Shown: one piece after another, positions 11,040 to 20,389 of the stretch
How positions within the stretch are numbered: the first letter of the stretch is position 1
Layout of the letters: every line of letters begins with the position of its first letter
NCBI GenBank assembly: GCA_041736175.1
Contig: JBGSUI010000075.1
Location: forward strand, 8,536 to 72,535
Origin: Oligoflexales bacterium
Lineage (GTDB): Bacteria; Bdellovibrionota_B; Oligoflexia; Oligoflexales; CAIYRB01
Reading direction: 5' to 3'
DNA length: 64,000 bases
Position numbers and translations under genes: made by a program
Notes under the pieces: generated by a model
Told to the model about the DNA's origin: nothing
The model's input: only the letters and a program-made list of their open reading frames with translations
Databases searched by the model: none

Positions 11040-12938
11040 TTAAGATGCCACCTTTCGAGTTATTTTCTTTGGAGAACCGAGACACTGGTCTATCTCCAAA
11101 CGCAAAGCTCTTATGTTGCCAGTAAAGTGTACCGCTCCCATTTGCTGGGCTTCCCGTGGCATACCGAAAACAACACAAGAAGCTTCGTCTTGGGCGAGGG
11201 TATAGGCTCCTGACTGTTTGAGTTCTAGCAGGCCTAAGGCCCCATCTTTTCCCATGCCGGTAAGAAGTATCCCTAACGCATGGATTTTTTCCCGAGCGAC
11301 CGATCTAAACAAAACATCCACAGCAGGTCGCACCGAATGTTCGGGGGGTCCATAAGATAGGTTTAATTTCAACGCTCCCCCTGATTTTCTTACGGCGATA
11401 TGATAGTCATCCACCGCCATATAGAGGTGTCCTGACAGGAGCGGCAAATCTTGTTTGGGATCAGCTAGTTTAAGCCCCGAAACCTGTGATAGACGTTGGG
11501 CAAAGGGTTTAGCAAAAGCTGGCGTAATATGCTGAACGACCAAAACGGGAGGACTATCAACGGGCATAAGACCTAAGAGCGAGACTAATGCTTCCGTCCC
11601 CCCCGTGCTTGCACCAATAACGATTAATTCTGGAAAATACTTTTGAAACTTTTGATCTTTAGGAACTATTGCCTGTGACACCTTTACTTGGCCACGGGAG
11701 AGGGCCTGGTTGGCGATCGCTTTCAGTCTTTCTCCTACCTGGCTGGGAGACTGTGAAAGCTCTTGTTTAAAGATATAATCCTGGGCCCCTCCAAGCAGGG
11801 CCCCTAAAACCGCTTCAGCTTCTTTAGGAGTCGCGTCGCTGATAATCACAACGGGAGTCTTAAGCCCACTCGCCCGTTGTTGTCTCAACCAACTGGCACC
11901 ATCCTGGACCGGCATATTGAGGTCGAGGGAGATCAAATCGACCGACTGATGGGCAAGGTACTGACTCGCTTGGGCAGCGGACTCCACAGATTCCACTTCG
12001 AATCCTGCCTTTTCCAGAATCGACGCGACAACTTTGCGCACCGTAGGAGAATCATCCACGACCAATGCTCGATCGACTCGCTCCGTTTTTAACGGGAGTA
12101 CCTTTGACTTTGGTTTGTAGACATAAAGACTTCTCCCCTTTGCAGTCAGTCCAAAACTCTGCCCCTCGATCGTCTCGCTATGGCCGAGAGCTAGGACTCC
12201 TCCCGTTTTAATTTGACCCAAAAGTTTATCCACAATGCCGTCGATACCTTTCTTGTTAAAGTAGATCAGGACGTTGCGACATGTAACTCCATCGAAGGCC
12301 GACTCTTGCTTTTGATTTAAAAGAACGTCGATTTGCCGCAGATCTCCCGACAGCCACCGAATCCTCGACCTTATATCTGGGTCAAAGGTAAAGAAGCCCG
12401 CTGTCTTGCCACTGCCAATCAGCAGCAACGAACGATAGATCAGCGGTATATCATTCATACGTTCGGCACTATAAATACCCCCTTTTGCTTTAGAGACCGA
12501 CACGGCATCGATATCAATACCTACAATTTTATAGTCGCCAATCTTTCCCATCCGGCGGTAACGCTCCAAGACAAGCCCCAACGAATATGGCTCTTCTCCC
12601 GTTGAGCAGGCGGCGACCAGGATGCGAATCTGAGGGAGGTTTTCCTCGCGACTTTCTAAGATCAGCTTTAAAAATGGCTCAAACTGCTCATGTTCCCTAA
12701 AAAAATTGGTGAAGTGAATCGTCAACGCCGACAGCAAATGATTGTATTCCACGTCGCTCGAAGAGACTAGTTTTAGGTACGCCGCTAAACTTGGGTTGTT
12801 GGTCAACTGCATCCGGCGGAGCACATTTTGGATCAAAACAGACTTACGAAAGCGACCACTTTGTTGCGATCCCGTCAGCCTTTCAGCAAGCTCGTAGATG
12901 ATCTCTTCTTCTTCTTTGCCTAACTGAAGAGTGCTCAT
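11040..12938 (-). CDS. cheRB: CheR methyltransferase-REC-CheB methylesterase fusion
   Basis: CheR: TNFFRE, AACSTGEEPYS, CRNVLIYF, LGHSE. REC: VVDDS...DLNMP. CheB: GASTGG, VVQH, RPAVDVLF, LTGMGKDGA. Confidence 0.9.
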   Translation of the reverse strand: MSTLQLGKEEEEIIYELAERLTGSQQSGRFRKSVLIQNVLRRMQLTNNPSLAAYLKLVSSSDVEYNHLLSALTIHFTNFFREHEQFEPFLKLILESREENLPQIRILVAACSTGEEPYSLGLVLERYRRMGKIGDYKIVGIDIDAVSVSKAKGGIYSAERMNDIPLIYRSLLLIGSGKTAGFFTFDPDIRSRIRWLSGDLRQIDVLLNQKQESAFDGVTCRNVLIYFNKKGIDGIVDKLLGQIKTGGVLALGHSETIEGQSFGLTAKGRSLYVYKPKSKVLPLKTERVDRALVVDDSPTVRKVVASILEKAGFEVESVESAAQASQYLAHQSVDLISLDLNMPVQDGASWLRQQRASGLKTPVVIISDATPKEAEAVLGALLGGAQDYIFKQELSQSPSQVGERLKAIANQALSRGQVKVSQAIVPKDQKFQKYFPELIVIGASTGGTEALVSLLGLMPVDSPPVLVVQHITPAFAKPFAQRLSQVSGLKLADPKQDLPLLSGHLYMAVDDYHIAVRKSGGALKLNLSYGPPEHSVRPAVDVLFRSVAREKIHALGILLTGMGKDGALGLLELKQSGAYTLAQDEASCVVFGMPREAQQMGAVHFTGNIRALRLEIDQCLGSPKKITRKVAS

Positions 12939-12971
12939 AAATATTTCAACCCATAAATTTTCAGCGTTATT

Positions 12972-15173
12972 TTAAGCACTTTTTCTAAAGGAATCATCAT
13001 CTGCATTAAAATCTGAGCTGTTGTGACCTGTATCTGCCATATTTGGGTCCTTGCTAAGAGAGATTTCTTGGTTGGATGGCTCTGTAAATCGTTGCGCGAG
13101 CTTGCTACTTAGCTCCCTGAGGACGCCCACCCCCTCGGTGCGACGACCCGGGTGCTCCTGAGAGCCTTCCTCTTGATCCTTCTGATTGCCGGGTTCAATT
13201 CCTATGATCTTTTCTATGATATCTTGGCTTTTCTGCGCAGTGGGTTTTTCATTGCCCACGACCAAAGTCCGTAAGGCTCGCATGATCTTATAATTTCGTT
13301 CGCTCACCGAAGCTAAAATCTTGACAAGTTCGTTGGCTTCACCTGCAATCGCACTATTTCGTTGGGTGGTTTGGTCCATTTGATTCATGGCGACCGTGAT
13401 TTGAGATATTCCCAGCTCTTGTTCTTTAGTGGCTTGACCGACCCCTTGGAGGCGTTCATTGATGGCTCGGACTCCCGATGCGATTTCTGAAAAAGCCCCT
13501 AATGCCTCACTGGCTACGGTTTGGCTCTCCGTCGTCCGTGACTGGGTCACTTCGATAATCTGCTGCACTGCTTTATGGCTGTCGGCGATCAGGAGCTGAA
13601 TTTCTTTAGCGGCAGTCCCGCTCATTTGCGCCAAATTTCCAACCTCTTCTGCAACCACACTAAAACCCTTGCCATGCTGTCCAGCTCTCGCTGCCTCAAT
13701 CGAGGCATTGATGGAAAGAAGTTGGGTTTTGAAGACGATATCGTTGATGACCGTGGTTTTAGCACTGACCTCACTGATGATATTGGCAATGCTCTGCAGT
13801 TGGTGATTGGAGTTGCTGACTCCCTCCATGGCTGATGCCAGCCGACTCATAATAAGATTGCCATGCTCGCTTTTACTACTAACTTTGGCGGCGATATCCG
13901 TACACTCTCTCAGGTTCTGGTTGGTCTGGCTTATCATACTTGAGATTTCTGCCATAGAGCTTACCGTCTCTTGGACCGCAGCAGATTGCTCTCCACTTGC
14001 CTCGGCCACCGATCGAGAAGAATCAGCCAAACGGCCAGCCATTTTGCTGGTATGTTCTGCGGTTTCCTTGAGTTTTTCTGATACAAGGCTAAACTTGCGG
14101 GATAAACTAGAAGCAAAAATATAGCTCGCTATCCCAAAAAACAACGTGCTACCGATACTGAACCATATGAGAAGTTGTTTGTTTTTTTCTAAATTCGTAA
14201 AGACCTCCGAAGTGGACGCCGTTACCAAGATCCCCCATCCCAGTCCTTGGATAAATTTCTTACTATTGACTGGCTGGTAGGCGATTATTTGTTCGAGGTT
14301 TTTCACATTGTTCATAACGATTTCTCGGCCCGTCCTGGATTCAGACACTTCCCGCGCTCCGGGATAACCTTTGTCGATAAGGTTTAACTTCGTGAGAATA
14401 TTAAAATCCCGAACGACAGACTCACCATCGACACTGGGGTTGTAGTCTAAAAACACGACTCCTTGTTTGTTCAATATCAGTATTTCCACAGATTTAAATC
14501 CATTTGATTGGGCATTGTCATAGGTGCTTTTGAGCTCGTTTTCGATCCAATGGGCATTCGCTCTGGCGACTAAAACTCCTAGTTCTTTGCCGTCTGGACC
14601 CACCACGCGGGTAGAAAAGCTATTCCCGTACATTTTTTTGCCATAGGCCATGCTACTCAGTGGGTCGATTTGGAGATCCTCAACATAGGTGTTAGAAAAC
14701 CCCTTTTCTTTGTCTTCGGTAAAATTCCCCATATGTGCCGAGCGAAACCAATCTTTTTCTGCATAATTCACCTGGGCCAAGGCCTCCCAATCTATTTTAG
14801 CCCCTGAGACGGCCTGGGTGTTGCTGGCAATAAACTTTCCTTGGGGATCAACATAAACGATAAGATCATAGATGCCATACAGGCTAACGTACTTATTGAG
14901 TGTTTGAGAGATCGCTTGGGCGTCGTTGGTATTAAAGAGGGTCGGGTTGAGCGCAAAAGCTTGGACATCTCCATATCTCTCAAAAAACTGAGCGCTGATG
15001 GATTCATTGACCTGGTTGGCTAGACTGCTAAACAACCTAAGGGTTTCGTTTTTGCGTGAATTAAACTCCCCCAGCATCTTTATGCTATCGATCATTGCAG
15101 AAACCAACACAATGGTACAGGCGGCAACCACAATTTTAGTTTTGATAGACACTCTTAGGTGATTCTTAGACAT
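12972..15173 (-). CDS. Methyl-accepting chemotaxis protein with Cache-like periplasmic domain
   Basis: Two TMs, large periplasmic region, signalling tip IVFKTQLLSINASIEAARAGQHGKGFSVVAEEVGNLA. Confidence 0.93.
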   Translation of the reverse strand: MSKNHLRVSIKTKIVVAACTIVLVSAMIDSIKMLGEFNSRKNETLRLFSSLANQVNESISAQFFERYGDVQAFALNPTLFNTNDAQAISQTLNKYVSLYGIYDLIVYVDPQGKFIASNTQAVSGAKIDWEALAQVNYAEKDWFRSAHMGNFTEDKEKGFSNTYVEDLQIDPLSSMAYGKKMYGNSFSTRVVGPDGKELGVLVARANAHWIENELKSTYDNAQSNGFKSVEILILNKQGVVFLDYNPSVDGESVVRDFNILTKLNLIDKGYPGAREVSESRTGREIVMNNVKNLEQIIAYQPVNSKKFIQGLGWGILVTASTSEVFTNLEKNKQLLIWFSIGSTLFFGIASYIFASSLSRKFSLVSEKLKETAEHTSKMAGRLADSSRSVAEASGEQSAAVQETVSSMAEISSMISQTNQNLRECTDIAAKVSSKSEHGNLIMSRLASAMEGVSNSNHQLQSIANIISEVSAKTTVINDIVFKTQLLSINASIEAARAGQHGKGFSVVAEEVGNLAQMSGTAAKEIQLLIADSHKAVQQIIEVTQSRTTESQTVASEALGAFSEIASGVRAINERLQGVGQATKEQELGISQITVAMNQMDQTTQRNSAIAGEANELVKILASVSERNYKIMRALRTLVVGNEKPTAQKSQDIIEKIIGIEPGNQKDQEEGSQEHPGRRTEGVGVLRELSSKLAQRFTEPSNQEISLSKDPNMADTGHNSSDFNADDDSFRKSA

Positions 15174-15222
15174 TATTTTTGCTCCTTAGGTCAAACGTCT
15201 TTTCCACACATAAATTTATATT

Positions 15223-15738
15223 TTAAGCTGCTTTCTTTGTGACATTCCTGATATTTGTCACCTCCTCTTTTTCCAGAACCTCTTTGAGATCGATCAGCGT
15301 CACCAAGTGGTCTCTAAATTTCCCAACACCCAAGATATATTTGATTGGAATCCTAGATTCGATTCTCGGTTTGGTATCGATTTCCTGATGATTGATCTTG
15401 GCTACTCCCTCTAGTGAGTCTGCAACAGCTCCCAGGGCGCCCTCTTCGGTACCAAAAACCATCATAGCTAAGGTCTTCGATTCGGTTTGGGAATAACCTA
15501 GCCTCACCCTTAAATCGATAACACCGACGATTTCTCCGCGAATATTAATAACACCAAGAAAAGAATTGACAGTCTGTGGAATCGGTTTGACCTTTTGAAA
15601 TTCGCATACTTCTCTCACTGCCATAAGAGGAGTTCCGTAAAGCTCTCCCCCCAACCTAAACAGTAAATATTTGTTCTGGTCTTGGTCTTGATCTTCTTGG
15701 GTTGGTTGGTAATTCGTATGGGTTGCATTCATAATCAA
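15223..15738 (-). CDS. cheW: CheW adaptor
   Basis: YLLFRLGGELYG, GVINIRGEIVGVIDLR. Confidence 0.93.
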   Translation of the reverse strand: MIMNATHTNYQPTQEDQDQDQNKYLLFRLGGELYGTPLMAVREVCEFQKVKPIPQTVNSFLGVINIRGEIVGVIDLRVRLGYSQTESKTLAMMVFGTEEGALGAVADSLEGVAKINHQEIDTKPRIESRIPIKYILGVGKFRDHLVTLIDLKEVLEKEEVTNIRNVTKKAA

Positions 15739-17477
15739 TGAACCTCTTTATCGCTAAGATATTGCCGTGCAAAAACTTTGGGACTCAAAATCACCGCAGG
15801 TTCTCCAGTCGCTAGGATTGTACTGCCCGAAAAACCCGGGATTCCTGCGATATACCCCGCGAGCTTGCGGATTAAAATAGGTTGCTGACCAACCACTTGC
15901 TCGAATTCAAAGCCTACCTTTTCACCTGAAATATCAATGATCATTGCTGGACTAGGTACGGTCTGCTGAGCTTCTTTGTGGTGGGACTTGGTTTGTAAAG
16001 ATGTGTGAGGTTTTGTATCCGGAATAAAAGCCTGCAAGGGACAAATAGTGACCGCCTTTTCACGCAACGCGATGGTCTTTCCCCTCTGGGTCTGACTCTC
16101 GATACTATAGCTTCGTAAGTCGATGACTTCCGCTACCTCCTGAATGGGTACGACATAGTGCTGCCCAGATGCCAAAACCACGAGCGAGTCGATGATGCTC
16201 ACATTGGTGGGGAGTACGATGGTAAATTTGGTGCCATGGCCTAATTCACTCTGGATTTCCAAGGTCCCCTCTAGCTCATCAACCATACGCCTTACAACGT
16301 CTAAGCCGACTCCTCGCCCTGAAATATCCGTCAATTTTTCGGCAGTCGAAAACCCTGGAGCAAATAAGAACTCATATATTTTCTTAAGAGGAATTTGCTC
16401 CCCTTCTTTGGCGAGTCCCAATGAGACCGCCTTTTTAATGACTTTTTCGGGATTGATGCCTCGACCATCATCTGCCAGCTCAATCTGGACCCCCGAGGCA
16501 GACTTGGAGGCGGTTAAGGTGATCGTCGCTCCAGCAGGTTTTTGGGAGGGCCTTGATCCCTTGGGCTCGATGCCATGATCCACCGCATTGCGTACCATAT
16601 GGACTAAGGGATCTGTCATCCTATCGATCACCGATTTATCCATTTCGACCTCAGCTCCCTGGACGATAATGGTGATGTTTTTGCCTTGTTCTTGGGCTAC
16701 ATCGTATGCCACTCTTTCGAGACGTTGAAAGAGTCGGCTGAGGTCCACCAATCTTAGAGCCATCGTCTGTAGCTGCAGCTCTCGGGTTAGTTTTGTAGCA
16801 AACTGGATCGCATTGGTGCAGATTCGCTCAGACATGCGGTTGGTTTTCAGACAGTGATTGATGGTCGCTTGCTGAGTCGATAACTCTCCTATGATTTGCA
16901 TTAGGACATCGATCTTTTGTGCCGGCACTCTGATAGATTCTTGGGACTGGGAAGGGACTTTTGCTTTTTCCGCTTTAGCCGGGGTTGCTTTAACCTCCAA
17001 ACTAGTCTGATTGTCATCGAAGACTCCAAAAGCTTGCTCGACCCTTGCGGCGCCCGTTGATCGATCCTTTAGTTCGGTTAATATCTGTTTATATTTATCC
17101 ACAAATTCTGGTTCAGGAGCACCCAGATTTCCAAGGAGAATTTGCCGCCATTGCAACAATATATTTTGCGCTCCTAGTAGGATTGAAATCCCTTCGGCAT
17201 TCGCCAATTCATGTCTATCTCGCATAAGATTGATCATGTCCTCAGCGAGGTGAATAAATTTTGCATACCCATCTAAACCCACAGATCGAGCGCTGCCTTT
17301 AAGATTGTGAGCTGAGCGAAAGAGTGCGTCGAGAGATTGGCTGCTGACTTCTTTTTGAATGGCTAGGCAATGGCGCTCCCAATCAGCAAGAACATCAGAT
17401 GCTTCCTCTAAAAACACGGCTACAAACTGGTCGTCAAGTTTGTTTGGCACGGCGCTCAATCTCCCTGAGTGGTCCAA
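15735..17477 (-). CDS. cheA: CheA histidine kinase (Hpt-dimerisation-HATPase-CheW, no obvious P2)
   Basis: FRSAHNLKGSA, HMVRNAVDHGIE, DDGRG, FAPGFSTA, SGRGVGLDVV; exact start codon uncertain. Confidence 0.95.
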   Translation of the reverse strand: MDHSGRLSAVPNKLDDQFVAVFLEEASDVLADWERHCLAIQKEVSSQSLDALFRSAHNLKGSARSVGLDGYAKFIHLAEDMINLMRDRHELANAEGISILLGAQNILLQWRQILLGNLGAPEPEFVDKYKQILTELKDRSTGAARVEQAFGVFDDNQTSLEVKATPAKAEKAKVPSQSQESIRVPAQKIDVLMQIIGELSTQQATINHCLKTNRMSERICTNAIQFATKLTRELQLQTMALRLVDLSRLFQRLERVAYDVAQEQGKNITIIVQGAEVEMDKSVIDRMTDPLVHMVRNAVDHGIEPKGSRPSQKPAGATITLTASKSASGVQIELADDGRGINPEKVIKKAVSLGLAKEGEQIPLKKIYEFLFAPGFSTAEKLTDISGRGVGLDVVRRMVDELEGTLEIQSELGHGTKFTIVLPTNVSIIDSLVVLASGQHYVVPIQEVAEVIDLRSYSIESQTQRGKTIALREKAVTICPLQAFIPDTKPHTSLQTKSHHKEAQQTVPSPAMIIDISGEKVGFEFEQVVGQQPILIRKLAGYIAGIPGFSGSTILATGEPAVILSPKVFARQYLSDKEVH

Positions 17478-17500
17478 GGTCTAAACCCATCACCATAATG

Positions 17501-17527
17501 GAATCGGCATTTTTTTTTAAAAATGTA
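17501..17527 (-). promoter_or_regulatory. Putative sigma28 (FliA) promoter of the che operon
   Basis: TACA-N15-GCCGATTC versus consensus TAAA-N15-GCCGATAA. Confidence 0.6.
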
Positions 17528-17662
17528 AGCTTTCGGTCTTTACTATGGAAATTATTTCTTGGACCCATTTTGAATCCCAGGAATCTATAAAACTGTAGCC
17601 AAACAATCTGAAGACTCTTTTTCTTATTTATTGCGATGATCTAAAATCATTGATTCCAATCA

Positions 17663-19180
17663 TCATTGGACATCACTGACTATGATACGAGGACCAGATC
17701 CTTGCTCGGCCCGTACAAATCCTGATACATATAGAGACGCTGCCTTGGCCTCGATCTTTGCTCCCCAAACCCCTTTAAAAAACATAATAGTCACTGTCCC
17801 TTGAGGACCGCTACACGGTACGGTGCAGGAACCATCGCAGGAGCTTATGGCTACTTTCGAGCACGCCAGGGGGCCGTACCGTTGAGCCGTCATTCCGTCA
17901 GCCAAAACCGTCGGTTTTGGCACTGGTGCAGGCACCGGCTTTGGCACTGGTGCAGGTACTGATATCGGTGCTGGAGTGGCTGGGGTAACAGGCTTAGGAG
18001 TCGCTGGCTGAGGAGTCGAGATGACCACAGATGAGGGCGGGGGTTCAGGGGGCTTGGGTTTGGTTCTTTCTGCTTCCCTTTTGGCTTCTTCTCTTTTGGC
18101 TTCTTCTCTTTTGGTTTCTTCTCTTGCCTTAATTTTGGCGAGTAATTTGGTTTTGCGCTCCTGCTCTTTTTGACTTGCGAGGAGCTTTTCCCTGATGATT
18201 TTATCTCTTATGGTTTGGGCAGAATCTCGTGTTGAGCCCAACGCGCGCAAGGGGTCAGGGGACCGCGTGTTGTCCTGCTTGGGAGAAATCGGGGGATTTG
18301 TAGCTTTTCGAACTCTTTCGATGGGCTGCTTGCTTGGGATTTTTGTTGCTTTTTTGTCTGTGATCCGTGGTCCAGTTTTTGGGTTGACACTAGTTTGATG
18401 AACGACGCTAAAAGCAATGACTAAGATAGCTGCGATAAACATAATCATAGCCAGCAAAGCAAGAAAGACCGCCCTGTCTTTGGCGATACGCTCTTCGGCA
18501 CGGGCCAGCTTCGCTAGCTCCGAAGTCGGTTGGTGTTGGCGCCGATTATCACTTTGGCTCCGAAGTTTAGAATCTTGATGACTGCTATAAATTCGCATAA
18601 AGCGGGCAAGGGGCACCTCGCCCTTGGGCTTTTTTAGGTCAAGGCCCATACGGACTACCTTTATTCCGCTAGGAAAACTCTTACCAAGAAACATAGCCGC
18701 GATTTCAGAAGCACTATAGGGTCCATCCCATCGCTTTTTTTGTCCGCCTTTAAGATAAAACTGTTTAGGGCGGTTCCCTTTAGCCTCTTGTGCGTAAGGA
18801 AGTTTTTGTGCAGCTGCAGGTTGCCCATCGGTTTTTTCGAGAGGTGCCGCAAGATGGAGCTGGCCCTGCCCTGCAAAACCGGAGTTTGTGGAAAATTTCA
18901 GATTGCTTTCATGTGAAACACCGTCTTCACTCAAACTCAAAAGGGAGTGTCCCCCTGGGTCGCTATCGTCCGGAACTGCATTTTCGTCCTGGCGAGACAA
19001 GGTGACTTCGTCAAAGATCTCATCCACCTCCACCAGAGGTCGGCGGACAGTCGACCCTTCTCGAGCGACCAGATCAAACGGGTCAAGGGTTCCGTCGCGC
19101 AGGGCTTCCCGTATTTCGGCACTGTTTAGGGGGCCGAATGGATCTAGAGAGTCTTTAAAGATGTACCAGAGGGCACTCAG
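17663..19180 (-). CDS. Bitopic membrane protein: two GYF_2-like domains, TM, Lys/Glu- and Pro-rich linker, Cys-rich C-terminal domain
   Basis: Frame extends 49 codons upstream of the track start, giving LWYIFKDSLDPFGPLNSAEIREALRDGTL; second copy FYLKGGQKKRWDGPYSASEI; probable CTG start at 19180 behind AAAGGA. Confidence 0.75.
   Translation of the reverse strand: MSALWYIFKDSLDPFGPLNSAEIREALRDGTLDPFDLVAREGSTVRRPLVEVDEIFDEVTLSRQDENAVPDDSDPGGHSLLSLSEDGVSHESNLKFSTNSGFAGQGQLHLAAPLEKTDGQPAAAQKLPYAQEAKGNRPKQFYLKGGQKKRWDGPYSASEIAAMFLGKSFPSGIKVVRMGLDLKKPKGEVPLARFMRIYSSHQDSKLRSQSDNRRQHQPTSELAKLARAEERIAKDRAVFLALLAMIMFIAAILVIAFSVVHQTSVNPKTGPRITDKKATKIPSKQPIERVRKATNPPISPKQDNTRSPDPLRALGSTRDSAQTIRDKIIREKLLASQKEQERKTKLLAKIKAREETKREEAKREEAKREAERTKPKPPEPPPSSVVISTPQPATPKPVTPATPAPISVPAPVPKPVPAPVPKPTVLADGMTAQRYGPLACSKVAISSCDGSCTVPCSGPQGTVTIMFFKGVWGAKIEAKAASLYVSGFVRAEQGSGPRIIVSDVQ
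17912..17959. repeat. Two imperfect 24-bp tandem copies encoding VPAPVPKP
   Basis: cggttttggcactggtgcaggcac / cggctttggcactggtgcaggtac. Confidence 0.85.
18078..18122. repeat. Three 15-bp tandem copies encoding (EAKRE)n
   Basis: cttttggcttcttct x2 plus cttttggtttcttct. Confidence 0.85.
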
Positions 19181-19236
19181 GCTAACTATCCTTTCGTCGA
19201 AAGAGAAAAGTCGCTAAAGGGATTCATACTCGGTGC

Positions 19237-19264
19237 CTATCGGTATAAAACCATAAAAAATTCA
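19237..19264 (-). promoter_or_regulatory. Putative sigma28-like promoter of the GYF gene
   Basis: TGAA-N16-ACCGATAG; spacer nearly the same as the copy at 55387-55414. Confidence 0.55.
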
Positions 19265-19315
19265 GGGGCCTGCTTCTGGGGTCGAAAACTTTGAGGGTTC
19301 CACAAAAAAACGTCC

Positions 19316-19344
19316 TTGGCAAAGCAAGTTCCATTGTGTAACCT
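19316..19344 (+). promoter_or_regulatory. Putative sigma70 promoter of rpsB-tsf
   Basis: TTGGCA-N17-TAACCT with TG just upstream of the -10. Confidence 0.5.
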
Positions 19345-19376
19345 CGCACGCCGGCTCTTAGGAGTCGATATTTGGC

Positions 19377-19491
19377 AGATGGCCCAGTAGAAGGTGCGTC
19401 CCCCTAAGCTGCAGTTTTTGATCAACAAAGCGATGATATTGCGTTTTTTCTAAATAAGCAGCAAGGAGAGGGCGTGGAGTTCTGGGCTGTC
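19377..19491 (+). ncRNA. Structured rpsB 5' leader (candidate S2 autoregulatory element)
   Basis: Nested pairings gatggcccag/ctgggctgtc, gcgtccc/gggcgt, gctgc/gcagc in a ~180-nt UTR; contains GGGCGTGGAG. Confidence 0.5.
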
Positions 19492-19526
19492 GAGGATAAA
19501 CCTTCTCGAATGAATTGGAGTGTTTT

Positions 19527-20345
19527 ATGAGCGTTCAAATCAACATGAAAGACATGTTAGAAGCCGGTGCCCACTATGGTCACCAGGCCCGTCGATGGAA
19601 TCCCAAAATGAAGCCCTATATCTTTGGGGAACGAAACGGGATTCACATTATCGATCTGCAAAAAACCCAGAAGCTCTTTAAAAAAGCCGCTGAGTTTATC
19701 GAAAAAACAACGGCTAAAGGCGGACATGTTCTCTTTGTCGGCACCAAAAGAATGGCACGGGATCTCGTCGCCGAAGAAGCCGCACGGTCTGGCCAGTACT
19801 ATATCAACTACCGCTGGCTCGGAGGAACCCTCACCAATCTTATCACAATTCGTCAGTCGATTCATAGACTTAAAAGAATCGAGAAGATGGAACAAGAAGG
19901 GACTTTCGAAAAGCTGACGAAAAAAGAAGTTTTGGGACTCCGTCGGGAGCATGAAAAACTGGTCCGTAACCTAGGCGGTGTTAAAGACATGCCAGGTCTG
20001 CCTGCAGCCCTCTTTATCGTCGACGCCCATAAGGAGCAGATTGCGGTACAGGAAGCCATGCGTTTAGGAATCCCCATCGTGGCTATCACTGATACCAATG
20101 CAGACCCCCATGGCATTGACTACATGATTCCTGGAAACGACGACAGCCTTAAGTCGATCCAGCTTTTTGTAAGCACCATCGCTGATGCCTGTATTGCAGG
20201 CAAAGCTCGTGGTCGCGACAAGAGAGATGACGAGGGCGGCCGTGGCCACGGAGTGGAAACCGGTAAATTCTTTGATGACCAAGGGCATTCGGTTTCTGTG
20301 GAAAAAGCCAAACGCTTTGAATCCACCGAAGAAGAATCCAACTAA
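19527..20345 (+). CDS. rpsB: 30S ribosomal protein S2
   Basis: [39 protein letters not shown]. Confidence 0.98.
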   Translation: MSVQINMKDMLEAGAHYGHQARRWNPKMKPYIFGERNGIHIIDLQKTQKLFKKAAEFIEKTTAKGGHVLFVGTKRMARDLVAEEAARSGQYYINYRWLGGTLTNLITIRQSIHRLKRIEKMEQEGTFEKLTKKEVLGLRREHEKLVRNLGGVKDMPGLPAALFIVDAHKEQIAVQEAMRLGIPIVAITDTNADPHGIDYMIPGNDDSLKSIQLFVSTIADACIAGKARGRDKRDDEGGRGHGVETGKFFDDQGHSVSVEKAKRFESTEEESN

Positions 20346-20389
20346 GTGGCAATTTCCCATTCTATTTTGATAGGCAAGGAGAAGACAAA

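Noticed and set aside
17912..18122. Short direct repeats considered as a CRISPR array
   Set aside because: They are in-frame coding tandem repeats with no spacers and no cas genes.
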